NCBI RefSeq assembly: GCF_003334405.1
Contig: NZ_QOWM01000011.1
Reading direction: 5' to 3' (one strand)
DNA: 64,000 nucleotides
DNA from: Escherichia coli
Lineage (GTDB): Bacteria; Pseudomonadota; Gammaproteobacteria; Enterobacterales; Enterobacteriaceae
Shown here: positions 12,621-22,828 of the stretch, piece after piece
How positions within the stretch are numbered: the stretch's first letter is position 1
How the letters are laid out: each line of letters begins with the position of its first letter
Translations under genes and position numbers: made by a program
The notes under the pieces: generated by a model
The model's input: only the letters and a program-made list of their open reading frames with translations
What the model was told of the DNA's origin: nothing
Database searches by the model: none

Positions 12621-13269
12621 GGACGAAACGCCGCTGGCAGAGATGCATGCGGAATATATTCGTCACATTCCCGGATTCAGTCAGATATTACTGGCGGGAA
12701 ATCTGGCGCAGGCCCGAATGATGATCGAGCGTTTTAAGCCGGGGCTAATCTTGCTCGATAACTATCTTCCTGACGGTAGAGGGATTAATTTACTGCATGA
12801 ACTGGTGCAGGCGCATTATCCCGGCGACGTGGTGTTTACCACTGCAGCCAGCGATATGGAAACGGTGTCTGAAGCCGTACGTTGTGGTGTATTTGATTAT
12901 CTCATTAAGCCCATTGCCTATGAACGGCTGGGGCAAACGCTAACCCGTTTCCGCCAGCGTAAACATATGCTGGAAAGTATTGATAGCGCCAGCCAGAAGC
13001 AAATTGATGAGATGTTTAATGCTTATGCTCGCGGTGAACCTAAGGACGAGCTACCGACCGGCATTGACCCCTTGACGCTAAACGCGGTGCGAAAACTGTT
13101 TAAAGAGCCTGGTGTGCAACATACGGCAGAAACGGTGGCGCAGGCACTGACCATCAGCCGCACCACTGCCAGGCGTTATCTTGAATATTGCGCCAGCCGC
13201 CATCTGATTATTGCTGAAATTGTTCACGGCAAAGTTGGCAGACCACAACGCATATACCACAGTGGGTGA
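12589..13269 (+). CDS. dpiA: Response regulator (CitB family)
   Basis: 226-aa ORF with a receiver domain and C-terminal HTH; start overlaps the dpiB 3' end. Confidence 0.9.
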   Translation: MTAPLTLLIVEDETPLAEMHAEYIRHIPGFSQILLAGNLAQARMMIERFKPGLILLDNYLPDGRGINLLHELVQAHYPGDVVFTTAASDMETVSEAVRCGVFDYLIKPIAYERLGQTLTRFRQRKHMLESIDSASQKQIDEMFNAYARGEPKDELPTGIDPLTLNAVRKLFKEPGVQHTAETVAQALTISRTTARRYLEYCASRHLIIAEIVHGKVGRPQRIYHSG

Positions 13270-13270
13270 C

Positions 13271-13310
13271 ATGATAAAGCCGGAGGAAACTTGCCTCCGG
13301 CATTACTATT
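13271..13310. terminator. Bidirectional hairpin between convergent dpiA and dcuC
   Basis: 8-bp GC stem (gccggagg/cctccggc) with U-rich flanks on both strands. Confidence 0.5.
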
Positions 13311-14695
13311 TACTTGCCTGTGACCGCTGCTGCCGTTCCTGGCACCATCAGCTCTGTAGCAACGATAACAATCACCAAACCAACAAGCACCGGTACCGAG
13401 GTGCGTTTTACGACTTCAAACGGCGAGATCTTCGCCATCCCGGCAACCGCAACGACTACGCCAGAAACGGGCGAAAGGGTACGGCCAAGGTTTGACGCCT
13501 GCAGCATCGGGATAGTCAAATACGCCGGGTTAATGCCGGAAGAGTGCGCCAGTTTCGGGATCATCTCAACAAACGCATAAAACGGCGCATTGCCTGAACC
13601 GGTCGTGACTGCCGCCAGCATTGTCAGAATCACCAATACCAGCATCAGGATGATACTCGCCGAACCAAACGAGGTAGCGATAGAAATCAGACTTTGAATA
13701 AAGCCGATGGTGCTAAGCCCCTGAGCGAATACCCCAGCGGCAACCAGCAGCATCACCACGTTAGCAAACGCATCTGCCATCCCGCGATAAGCCACTTCCA
13801 GACCAGAGAAAACTTTCTGGGTATTAAAGCTGCGGAGGAACTCCAGAATGGAGGCAATCAGCATACAAATCACCAGAATAGTGATGATGTGTAATTGCGG
13901 ACCCCATTTACCGTCAAAAATCAGTACACCGATGATCGGCGTGAACGGCAAAATGGCATAAAACGCAGGAGCAGTGGTGGTGATTTCACTGACATCTAAC
14001 ATTTCATGAGAGATGTGCTCTTTTTTATCCAGATAACGTTGCCAGAAGAAGTGGGCGATCGCCATGCCGATAATTGCAGCAATTGAGATAGGCAGCGTCG
14101 TTTTGAAGGCGAAGTCAATCAGCGACATTTCGGAAGCTTGCGCCGCCAGCACCACATCCCCTGAAGTCGGTGCGAGAATAATCGCCGCCGGGGAGGCACA
14201 AATGGCAGCAGCTGCGCCACGACTGATACCAACGTTTACCATCACCGGAAATAGGGTTGCCATCAGCAAAACACCCAGACCGGTTGCGGAAGAGACGGCC
14301 AGAGACATCAGACAGGCGACAAAATAGGCGGCAATCATCAGCAGGTAAGGGGAGTTAATATACTGCAATGGTTTTGACGCCAGCTTGACCACCATATCAT
14401 TCGCGCCGATATGGGTCATGTAAGCGGCAAATCCACACAGCATCATAATCATCATGCCGAGGTCGCCGCCGCGGCTCATTAGTAATATTTTAACGTATTC
14501 AACGATATCCGTGGCGCTGTAGCCTGTTGAAGCCTGGCTGGACGGTAACACTTTGTGCCCCATAATGGCACTGATAATCAGCAATAACAGGCCACCGACA
14601 AATAACACACCAGTGGCGGAATACCCTTTAATGATGTAGCGAGCTACACCCACAATAACCACAACCCCAATAAGGAGCTCAATGAATGTCAGCAT
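13310..14695 (-). CDS. dcuC: Anaerobic C4-dicarboxylate transporter
   Basis: 461-aa polytopic membrane ORF recognised as DcuC. Confidence 0.9.
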   Translation of the reverse strand: MLTFIELLIGVVVIVGVARYIIKGYSATGVLFVGGLLLLIISAIMGHKVLPSSQASTGYSATDIVEYVKILLMSRGGDLGMMIMMLCGFAAYMTHIGANDMVVKLASKPLQYINSPYLLMIAAYFVACLMSLAVSSATGLGVLLMATLFPVMVNVGISRGAAAAICASPAAIILAPTSGDVVLAAQASEMSLIDFAFKTTLPISIAAIIGMAIAHFFWQRYLDKKEHISHEMLDVSEITTTAPAFYAILPFTPIIGVLIFDGKWGPQLHIITILVICMLIASILEFLRSFNTQKVFSGLEVAYRGMADAFANVVMLLVAAGVFAQGLSTIGFIQSLISIATSFGSASIILMLVLVILTMLAAVTTGSGNAPFYAFVEMIPKLAHSSGINPAYLTIPMLQASNLGRTLSPVSGVVVAVAGMAKISPFEVVKRTSVPVLVGLVIVIVATELMVPGTAAAVTGK

Positions 14696-14784
14696 AATTT
14701 TTCCTGTCTCCAGGCCCCAAAGTAAATAATAAAAAATTCCTAAAGCTTAAGGAAAAAATATGCCCAATAAATTGGCGATGAATG

Positions 14785-14798
14785 CTGATTAAAATCAA
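14785..14798. promoter_or_regulatory. Putative FNR binding site upstream of dcuC
   Basis: cTGATtaaaATCAA matches the FNR consensus TTGAT-N4-ATCAA at 9 of 10 positions, about 90-105 nt upstream of the dcuC start codon. Confidence 0.4.
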
Positions 14799-15283
14799 TA
14801 AAAACTGCCATTAAGACATTGAAGTTGCTGTTTTTATACATAGATAACAAAACGCATATTTAGCGGTTGGCAATTATCACATAATAATGTGTGCAAATTG
14901 ATGGTGGATTGATGCAAATTTGTTAATTGCAATGGTGTTAGCTGCGGCTGTGCGCTCAAAAAATAATCTAATATGAGCATAGGTTGACGATATATATTAT
15001 ATACTTCGTTAAGATGATTGTTGTATCTCGTTAAAAAATAAAATAATTTTTCCTTGATTGCATTTTGTCATCAAAAAAGACTTGGTTTTTCTTTTTTGAC
15101 TATTCCCATCGCAGAAAACGACGCATCATCTTTAATCGATGCGCGGAAATATTTAACTTGAACAAGCGGAAATAAATAGAGCAGCTATTCAGATTATTCT
15201 TTATGTTGGGTCTATTAAGGTTATGTTAATTGTAGCTTTGCTATGCTAGTAGTAGATTTTTGATAAATGTTTTATGGTCACAA

Positions 15284-15844
15284 ATGAACGTGAGTAAATA
15301 TGTCGCTATCTTTTCCTTTGTTTTTATTCAGTTAATCAGCGTTGGTAAAGTTTTTGCTAACGCAGATGAGTGGATGACAACGTTTAGAGAAAATATTGCA
15401 CAAACCTGGCAACAGCCTGAACATTATGATTTATATATTCCTGCCATCACCTGGCATGCACGTTTCGCTTACGACAAAGAAAAAACCGATCGCTATAACG
15501 AGCGACCGTGGGGTGGCGGTTTTGGCCTGTCGCGTTGGGATGAAAAAGGAAACTGGCATGGCCTGTATGCCATGGCATTTAAGGACTCGTGGAACAAATG
15601 GGAACCGATTGCCGGATACGGATGGGAAAGTACCTGGCGACCGCTGGCGGATGAAAATTTTCATTTAGGTCTGGGATTCACCGCTGGCGTAACGGCACGC
15701 GATAACTGGAATTACATCCCTCTCCCGGTTCTACTGCCATTGGCCTCCGTGGGTTATGGCCCAGTGACTTTTCAGATGACCTACATTCCGGGTACCTACA
15801 ACAATGGCAATGTGTACTTTGCCTGGATGCGCTTTCAGTTTTGA
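15284..15844 (+). CDS. pagP: Lipid A palmitoyltransferase (outer-membrane beta-barrel)
   Basis: ORF 15260..15844; start at [10 protein letters not shown]... gives the 186-aa precursor with a signal peptide. Confidence 0.9.
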   Translation: MNVSKYVAIFSFVFIQLISVGKVFANADEWMTTFRENIAQTWQQPEHYDLYIPAITWHARFAYDKEKTDRYNERPWGGGFGLSRWDEKGNWHGLYAMAFKDSWNKWEPIAGYGWESTWRPLADENFHLGLGFTAGVTARDNWNYIPLPVLLPLASVGYGPVTFQMTYIPGTYNNGNVYFAWMRFQF

Positions 15845-16018
15845 GACAAATGAAGTTTTAGTAACTTCTTTAAAATCAATAGCTAAAATAAGTAACATCA
15901 AAAATAACGCGACTTTTATCACTTTTTAGTAAAGTTACACTGGACAAAGCGTACCACAATTGGTGTACTGGTAACCGACACAGCATTTGTGTCTATTTTT
16001 CATGTAAAGGTAATTTTG

Positions 16019-16228
16019 ATGTCTAAGATTAAAGGTAACGTTAAGTGGTTTAATGAGTCCAAAGGATTCGGTTTCATTACTCCGGAAGACGGCAGCAAAG
16101 ACGTGTTCGTACACTTCTCTGCAATCCAGACTAATGGTTTTAAAACTCTTGCTGAAGGTCAGCGCGTAGAGTTCGAAATCACTAACGGTGCCAAAGGCCC
16201 TTCTGCTGCAAACGTAATCGCTCTGTAA
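16019..16228 (+). CDS. cspE: Cold-shock-domain protein E
   Basis: ORF 15989..16228; start at [20 protein letters not shown] (69 aa) with the RNP1 motif KGFGFI. Confidence 0.95.
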
Positions 16229-16244
16229 GATACGTCAGCAAGAA

Positions 16245-16277
16245 TTCAAAACCCGCTTAATCAGCGGGTTTTTTTTG
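16245..16277. terminator. Bidirectional rho-independent terminator between cspE and crcB
   Basis: aaaacccgcttaatcagcgggttttttt: 7-bp stem flanked by an A-run and a T-run. Confidence 0.8.
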
Positions 16278-16281
16278 GTCT

Positions 16282-16665
16282 TTAGTGTGCGGTTGAGGCC
16301 GAAAACAGCCAGAATGCCAGTGCGGTCATGGCAAAAGACCCCAGAAGGTTGACGAAAACGTTCAGTAATGCCCAGCCAAAGCGGCCCTCTTGTAACAAAA
16401 ACACCACTTCTGCCGAAAATGTTGAGAAGGTTGTTAGACCGCCACAAAATCCGGTGGTGATTAATACTTTCCACACTGGATCAATGTTCGTCATCCTGCT
16501 GAACCATGCGAATCCTATTCCTATGATGAATGCCCCAATCAGGTTTGCTGTCAGCGTCCCCAACGGAATCGCCTGATGCAGTGGGTTAAATCGCATACTT
16601 AACAGCCATCTCGCCACGCTTCCCGTACCACCGCCAATAAAAACTGCTAAAAGAAGTTGTAACAC
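16282..16665 (-). CDS. crcB: Fluoride ion channel (CrcB/Fluc)
   Basis: 127-aa small membrane ORF recognised as CrcB. Confidence 0.9.
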   Translation of the reverse strand: MLQLLLAVFIGGGTGSVARWLLSMRFNPLHQAIPLGTLTANLIGAFIIGIGFAWFSRMTNIDPVWKVLITTGFCGGLTTFSTFSAEVVFLLQEGRFGWALLNVFVNLLGSFAMTALAFWLFSASTAH

Positions 16666-16751
16666 TGCAAAATCCTGCTATTTGATTTGTATGAGTGATA
16701 AGTGTAACGCCGAATAATCGTCGTTGGCGAATTTTACGACTCTGACAGGAG

Positions 16752-17545
16752 GTGGCAATGCTGGTTGCCGCAGGACAGTTTGCTGTTACATCTGTGTGGG
16801 AAAAGAACGCTGAGATTTGTGCCTCGTTGATGGCGCAGGCGGCGGAAAACGACGTATCGCTGTTTGTCCTGCCGGAAGCATTGCTGGCGCGCGATGATCA
16901 TGATGCAGATCTATCGGTTAAATCAGCACAGCTGCTGGAAGGCGAATTCCTCGGACTTTACGGCGAGAAAGTAAACGTAACATGATGACGACAATTCTGA
17001 CGATTCATGTTCCTTCAACGCCGGGGCGCGCATGGAATATGCTGGTGGCACTTCAGGCAGGAAACATCGTCGCCCGTTATGCCAAACTGCATCTCTATGA
17101 TGCATTTGCCATTCAGGAATCACGCCGTGTTGATGCTGGTAATGAAATCGCTCCGTTACTGGAGGTGGAAGGGATGAAGGTCGGTCTGATGACCTGTTAT
17201 GACTTACGCTTTCCAGAGCTGGCGCTGGCACAGGCATTACAGGGAGCTGAAATCCTGGTACTTCCTGCCGCCTGGGTTCGCGGGCCGCTCAAAGAGCATC
17301 ACTGGTCAACGCTGCTTGCCGCTCGTGCGCTGGATACCACCTGTTATATGGTGGCGGCGGGGGAGTGCGGGAACAAAAATATCGGTCAAAGCCGGATTAT
17401 AGATCCCTTTGGCGTCACCATTGCGGCAGCGTCAGAAATGCCTGCACTCATTATGGCGGAAGTGACGCCCGAACGTGTGCGTCAGGTGCGCGCGCAACTG
17501 CCCGTCTTAAACAACCGTCGCTTTGCGCCGCCGCAATTATTATGA
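16752..17545 (+). pseudogene. ybeM: Carbon-nitrogen hydrolase family gene disrupted by a frameshift
   Basis: Two consecutive ORFs in different frames (16752..16985 and 16982..17545) together resemble one CN-hydrolase protein; the frame break is near 16980. Confidence 0.6.
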
Positions 17546-17673
17546 TGTTTTTTTACTCGGCGCTTGATTCACCTTGTTACAGATTGCTATTGTGTGCGCG
17601 CGTCGAATGACCGTTAATATTCTCTGGTTTTTAAGGCGCGTTCTGTTGCCGGTTATATGTCAAGAAGGTATCT

Positions 17674-17877
17674 ATGGGTGAGATTAGTATTACCAAACTG
17701 CTGGTAGTTGCGGCGCTGGTCGTTCTGCTGTTTGGGACTAAGAAGTTACGTACGCTGGGCGGAGACCTTGGAGCGGCCATTAAAGGGTTCAAGAAGGCGA
17801 TGAATGATGACGATGCTGCGGCGAAAAAAGGCGCAGACGTTGATCTTCAGGCTGAAAAGCTCTCTCATAAAGAGTGA
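17674..17877 (+). CDS. tatE: Twin-arginine translocase subunit TatE
   Basis: 67-aa ORF with an N-terminal transmembrane helix typical of TatA/E. Confidence 0.9.
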   Translation: MGEISITKLLVVAALVVLLFGTKKLRTLGGDLGAAIKGFKKAMNDDDAAAKKGADVDLQAEKLSHKE

Positions 17878-17916
17878 CGTGGCGAGCAGGACGCTCCCTC
17901 AATATCTTGTTCGATA

Positions 17917-17948
17917 CAAAAAACCCGCTTCAAAAAGCGGGTTTTTTA
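17917..17948. terminator. Bidirectional rho-independent terminator between tatE and lipA
   Basis: aaaaacccgcttcaaaaagcgggtttttt: 8-bp stem flanked by an A-run and a T-run. Confidence 0.8.
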
Positions 17949-17977
17949 TCAGACAGATGTAAGTAATTATTACAGGA

Positions 17978-18943
17978 TTACTTAACTTCCATCCCTTTCG
18001 CCTGCAAATCGGCGTGGTAAGAAGAGCGGACAAACGGACCGCATGCAGCATGGGTAAAGCCCATCGCCAGCGCTTCGGCTTTCATTTCGTCGAACTCATC
18101 CGGGCTAACGTAACGTTGAACCGGCAGGTGATGGCGGCTTGGCTGCAAATATTGCCCCAGCGTTAACATCGTCACACCATGACGGCGCAGGTCGCGCATT
18201 ACCTCAATAATTTCTTCATTGGTTTCACCCAGTCCCACCATCAGACCAGACTTGGTCGGGATTTCCGGATGCGCTTCTTTAAAGCGTTCCAGCAGCTTCA
18301 GCGACCAGTTGTAATCTGCACCAGGCCGTACCTGACGGTAAATACGCGGTACGTTTTCCAGGTTATGGTTGAACACATCTGGTGGCGTTGCAGTCAGAAT
18401 ATCCAGAGCACGATCCATACGACCGCGGAAATCCGGCACCAGAGTTTCAATTTTGATTTGCGGGCTTTTTTCCCGAATGGCAGTAATGCAATCCGCAAAG
18501 TGCTGGGCACCGCCATCGCGCAGGTCATCACGGTCAACGGAGGTGATAACCACATAACGCAGCGCCATATCGGCAATGGTCTGAGCCAGTTTCACTGGTT
18601 CATTGGCATCAGGAGCTACCGGGCGACCGTGGGCAACATCACAGAACGGACAACGGCGGGTACAAATAGCGCCGAGGATCATAAACGTTGCTGTGCCGTG
18701 GTTGAAGCATTCCGCCAGGTTAGGGCAGGAGGCTTCCTCGCAGACAGAATGCAGGCCATTTTTGCGCATTGCGGCTTTGATGCCCTGGATACGTGTAGAG
18801 TCCGCTGGAAGCTTGATTTTCATCCATTCCGGCTTGCGCAGCAGGGCTTCGCGCTCTGTTGCCACGTTTTTAACCGGGATAAGGGCCATCTTATCGGCAT
18901 CGCGGTATTTAACACCGCGTTCCATCACAATGGGTTTACTCAT
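17978..18943 (-). CDS. lipA: Lipoyl synthase (radical SAM)
   Basis: 321-aa ORF with the radical-SAM cysteine motif CTRRCPFC. Confidence 0.95.
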
Positions 18944-19151
18944 AGCGTGCGTGTTCCAGTTGCGAATTACGAAGGAAAGCGTTTCAATTCAATAGATTGT
19001 TGTAATTATCAACTATTTTTGAATTAACGACTGGCAGTATATCATTGAAACGGACCTGAAAGCAGCCAAAGCGGTCGCGAAAATGTAAAATTGTTGTTGG
19101 ATTGTGCCATTTTATCGTTCTGCGCTGTGATCTGGCTGTAACAATACTTTT

Positions 19152-20105
19152 TCAAAATGCATTACGGATAACATCTATTACTCCGTGCAGGATGGGATCA
19201 CGCAGGCTGAATTTGTTGTAGTGGATAGAGAAATCTATTTGCTCCTCATTTAAGGACGGAAAAGGCAGTTTTTCCAGCGGCCAGCAGCGGCTAAACAGGT
19301 TATAAAAACGGCTGGGAATAATCGCTAACATGTCACTGTTGGCAACCAGTGCAGCGATTGTCAAAATGTTGTAGCTGGTGAAATTGATTTGCCGGTCCGG
19401 AAACATTTCTTGAACTCTCTGCCGCAGACCGCTGAAATTTTGCTCTTCCGGTAACAGAAGTACATGCGCAGCGTTGTCGATAGTCTCTCTGTCATCTTCT
19501 AAAGAGAGTAGTGGATTTCCCTCGCGGCAAATTAACACCATATTGTCGGTGAACAGAACATGATGTTGCACCGTACGATTGGTGCAAAACATGTTATCGA
19601 TGATGAGATCGGTTTGAAACTGACTGAGTTGGTTTTCCGCGTCGCTGATGGGCGGGTTGCGCAGTAAAAGCTGCGGATAGTGAGTTTTAATCGCCCGATA
19701 GATGACAGGAAGGACCAGTGCTCCGACCGAGGGAGTGGTCGCAATAGTTATCGTTCGTTGCTTATCATAGCTTCCTTCGATATCCAGCGCGCCAAGAATG
19801 GACTCAAGGCCCTGACTGATATACTCATGTAGATGCATCGCAAATGCGGTAGGAGTGACACCCTGGCCTTTGCGAATAAACAATGGGTCAGGGAATATAA
19901 CGCGCAGTTTCTGAATAGACTGACTGATTGCCGAGGGGGTCAGATTAAGCACTTTCGCTGCATTAACGATCCCTTTATGTACATATACAGCTTCAAAAAT
20001 AGTCAGAAGGTTAAGATCAATATTTCGTAAGGTTGTAAATATTTGTGGTTTACCTTCTGACGACTTTCTGCTTAAACAGGGTTCAATTTGATTATTACTA
20101 TCCAC
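19152..20105 (-). CDS. ybeF: LysR-family transcriptional regulator
   Basis: 317-aa ORF with an N-terminal HTH and LysR substrate-binding domain. Confidence 0.85.
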   Translation of the reverse strand: MDSNNQIEPCLSRKSSEGKPQIFTTLRNIDLNLLTIFEAVYVHKGIVNAAKVLNLTPSAISQSIQKLRVIFPDPLFIRKGQGVTPTAFAMHLHEYISQGLESILGALDIEGSYDKQRTITIATTPSVGALVLPVIYRAIKTHYPQLLLRNPPISDAENQLSQFQTDLIIDNMFCTNRTVQHHVLFTDNMVLICREGNPLLSLEDDRETIDNAAHVLLLPEEQNFSGLRQRVQEMFPDRQINFTSYNILTIAALVANSDMLAIIPSRFYNLFSRCWPLEKLPFPSLNEEQIDFSIHYNKFSLRDPILHGVIDVIRNAF

Positions 20106-20363
20106 GCACTTACTCCAATTTTATTCATGGAAAAATAATATTTAAAAAATTACAATAATCTTATGTCTAATTGGAACGGAACGCTTTTGCTCACCATAAT
20201 CAACTATTTCAATAGGTTAATCAATGGGGTGAGTTACGGAGCAAGGCGTGGCACCGCATTTCTGCAAGTGATAAAGAAAATATACAAACGCGAAGGAGAT
20301 GTAAAGCATTAGCAGATATTATGAGTAATGACCCAGTGTAAATTGGGCCATTGATGTATGGAA

Positions 20364-21005
20364 TTAAGCGGTAATATATTCGAAGTCCGGATTGTTTAGT
20401 AGCGCTAAAATATTTTCCAGTAAACGTGGAGCAATATTATTAGTCGTCGCTTCGGGTTTCCATTGTGATATTTTAGCCATTTCCATTCCGGCATACCCAC
20501 AAGGATTAATACGTAAAAATGGTGAAAGATCCATATTGACGTTTAATGCCAGACCGTGGAATGAACAACCGCGTCGAATACGTAAACCCAGTGAGCAAAT
20601 TTTCTTTTCCCCAACATAGACACCTGGCGCGTCAGCCCGAGGATGCGCTTCTATACCCAGTTCAGCCAGGGTATTCACCACTGTTTGCTCAAGCAAGGTC
20701 ACCAGTTCACGCACACCGAGTTTACGGCGTTTCAGGTTAAGCAACACATACATCACCTGTTGCCCCGGCCCGTGATAAGTCACCTGCCCACCGCGATCGC
20801 TCTGGATCACCGGAATATCACCCGGCATTAAAATGTGCTCCGCTTTTCCTGCCTGACCTTGGGTGAATACCGGATAGTGCTCGACCAGCCAGATTTCATC
20901 AAGGGTACTATCATCGCGGGTATCGGTGAATTCATGCATAGCCTGGGAGATTGGCTCGTAAGGCTGAAGACCGAGCTGGCGGACAAGAATTTTATCCTGA
21001 TACAA
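20364..21005 (-). CDS. lipB: Octanoyltransferase (lipoate-protein ligase B)
   Basis: 213-aa ORF recognised as LipB. Confidence 0.9.
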
Positions 21006-21105
21006 AACGGCATCTCCGTGGAGAATGAGTAAAAGTGGGGGAAAAGTATATCACAGCGAGGAGAGGGGAGTTACCCGACCAGGAGCCGGGTAACGGAGAA
21101 GCGAG

Positions 21106-21369
21106 TTACAGAACCATGCGGACAATATCGATTTTGCCCAGTTCTTCATACAGTGTTTCAACCTGCTCGATATGAGTGGCGTTGATAGTGATAGATACCG
21201 AGTGGTAGTTGCCTTTGCTGCTTGGTTTTACCGTTGGGGTGTAGTCACCTGGCGCATGGCGCTGTACCACTTCAACCACCTGATCAACCAGCTCAGGTAA
21301 CGCCTGCCCCATAACTTTGTAAGTAAAAGGAGTAGGGAATTCAAGCAGTTCGTTAAGTTTGGTTTTCAT
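21106..21369 (-). CDS. ybeD: UPF0250 protein YbeD
   Basis: 87-aa ORF recognised as YbeD; lies between lipB and dacA. Confidence 0.9.
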
Positions 21370-21478
21370 GTCAGCTCCGGCGTAACGTAATTAAATAGCA
21401 ACTCCCGCCAGAAGGCGGGAGTTTTTTACTGATGCTTAGTATATGGGGACGGAAATTACACTTTCAAGTGTTTAATTT

Positions 21479-22690
21479 TTAACCAAACCAGTGATGGAAC
21501 ATTAATTTAATGTAATCAATGATTTTGCCGAAGAAGTTACCTTCCGGGATTTCTTGCAACACAACCAGCGGGCGTTGCTCGATCGTTTTGCCATCAAGCT
21601 GGAAGTTGATAGTTCCGACGACCTGATTCTTTTGCAGCGGCGCATGCAATTCACTGCTGTTCAGCACATAGCTGGCTTTCAGATCTTTCATGCGACCACG
21701 CGGAATGGTCAGGTACACGTCTTTATCAACCCCTAACGAAGCGCGATCAGAATCACCAAACCAAACCGGTTCAGAGGCGAACTCTTTACCTACTTTCAGT
21801 GGGTTAACGGTTTCAAAGAAACGGAAGCCCCAGGTTAGCAGTTTTTTACTTTCGGCTTCACGGCCTTTAAAAGTACGTCCGCCCATTACCGCAGAAATCA
21901 AGCGCATCTGGCCTTCAGTCGCAGAAGCAACAAGGTTGTAACCTGCTTTGTCAGTGTGTCCGGTTTTGATGCCGTCGACATTCAGGCTGTTATCCCATAA
22001 CAGGCCGTTACGGTTCAGCTGGCGAATACCGTTAAACGTAAATTCTTTTTCTTTATAGATCGAGTATTCATTCGGTACGTCACGGATCAATGCCTGGCCG
22101 ATCAGCGCCATATCTCGCGCGGAGCTGTACTGACCATCAGCATCCAGACCATGTACCGTCTGGAAGTGGGTATTTTTCAGGCCCAGTGCGTTAACGTAGC
22201 TGTTCATCAAGCCAACAAAAGCGTCCTGGCTACCAGCGGCAAAATCGGCCATGGCGACACAAGCATCGTTACCCGATTGCAGGTTAATACCGCGGATCAG
22301 CTGAGAAACCGGAACCTGCATGCCCGGTTTGAGGAACATCAGCGAAGAACCTTTAAACACCGGGTTACCGGTGGCCCATGCGTCGTTGCCGATAGTGACT
22401 AAATCAGTTTCTTTAAATTTACCGGCTTTCATTGCCTGGCCGATAACGTAACTGGTCATCATTTTGGTCAGGCTGGCAGGATCGCGGCGGACATCTGCGT
22501 TCTGTTCGGCGAGCACTTTGCCGGAGTTATAGTCAATCAGGATGTAGGACTCCGCATCGATCTGCGGTACACCCGGGATCATAGTTTTGATATTCAGGTC
22601 ATCGGCATGTGCAGCAGAGATAAAGGCTGTGCAAAGAGCCGTGGTGAGCGCCAGGCGCTTCATGATACGAGCGGAAAAAATGGTATTCAT
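21479..22690 (-). CDS. dacA: D-alanyl-D-alanine carboxypeptidase PBP5
   Basis: ORF 21479..22762; start at [17 protein letters not shown]... (403 aa); SxxK active-site motif SLTK. Confidence 0.9.
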
Positions 22691-22828
22691 GGTCTGAACT
22701 ACGACATCCGTGATGGAATTAAAAAAGTGCCCTACTATAGCAAATGCACTACCGGCAGGCATCTGACTTTCCGCGTGACTTTGTTAACGTCATTTACAGA
22801 AATTGACACATCAGATGCCTGCTTTACG

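Noticed and set aside
15180-15283. PhoP box upstream of pagP
   Set aside because: Several TGTT-containing segments are present, but none forms a convincing (T/G)GTTTA-N5-(T/G)GTTTA direct repeat by eye. A PWM scan is needed before calling it.
21479-22762. N-terminally extended versions of dacA, leuS (to 33651), asnB (to 56565), rihA (to 43172), gltI (to 46549), citF, citE, citC, dpiB, pagP, cspE and rna given by the ORF track
   Set aside because: The extensions lack signal-peptide or domain logic. Internal starts give N-termini with proper signal peptides or catalytic residues (for example AsnB Cys2 in MCSIFG) and the protein lengths I remember, so the longest-ORF starts are artefacts of the ORF finder.
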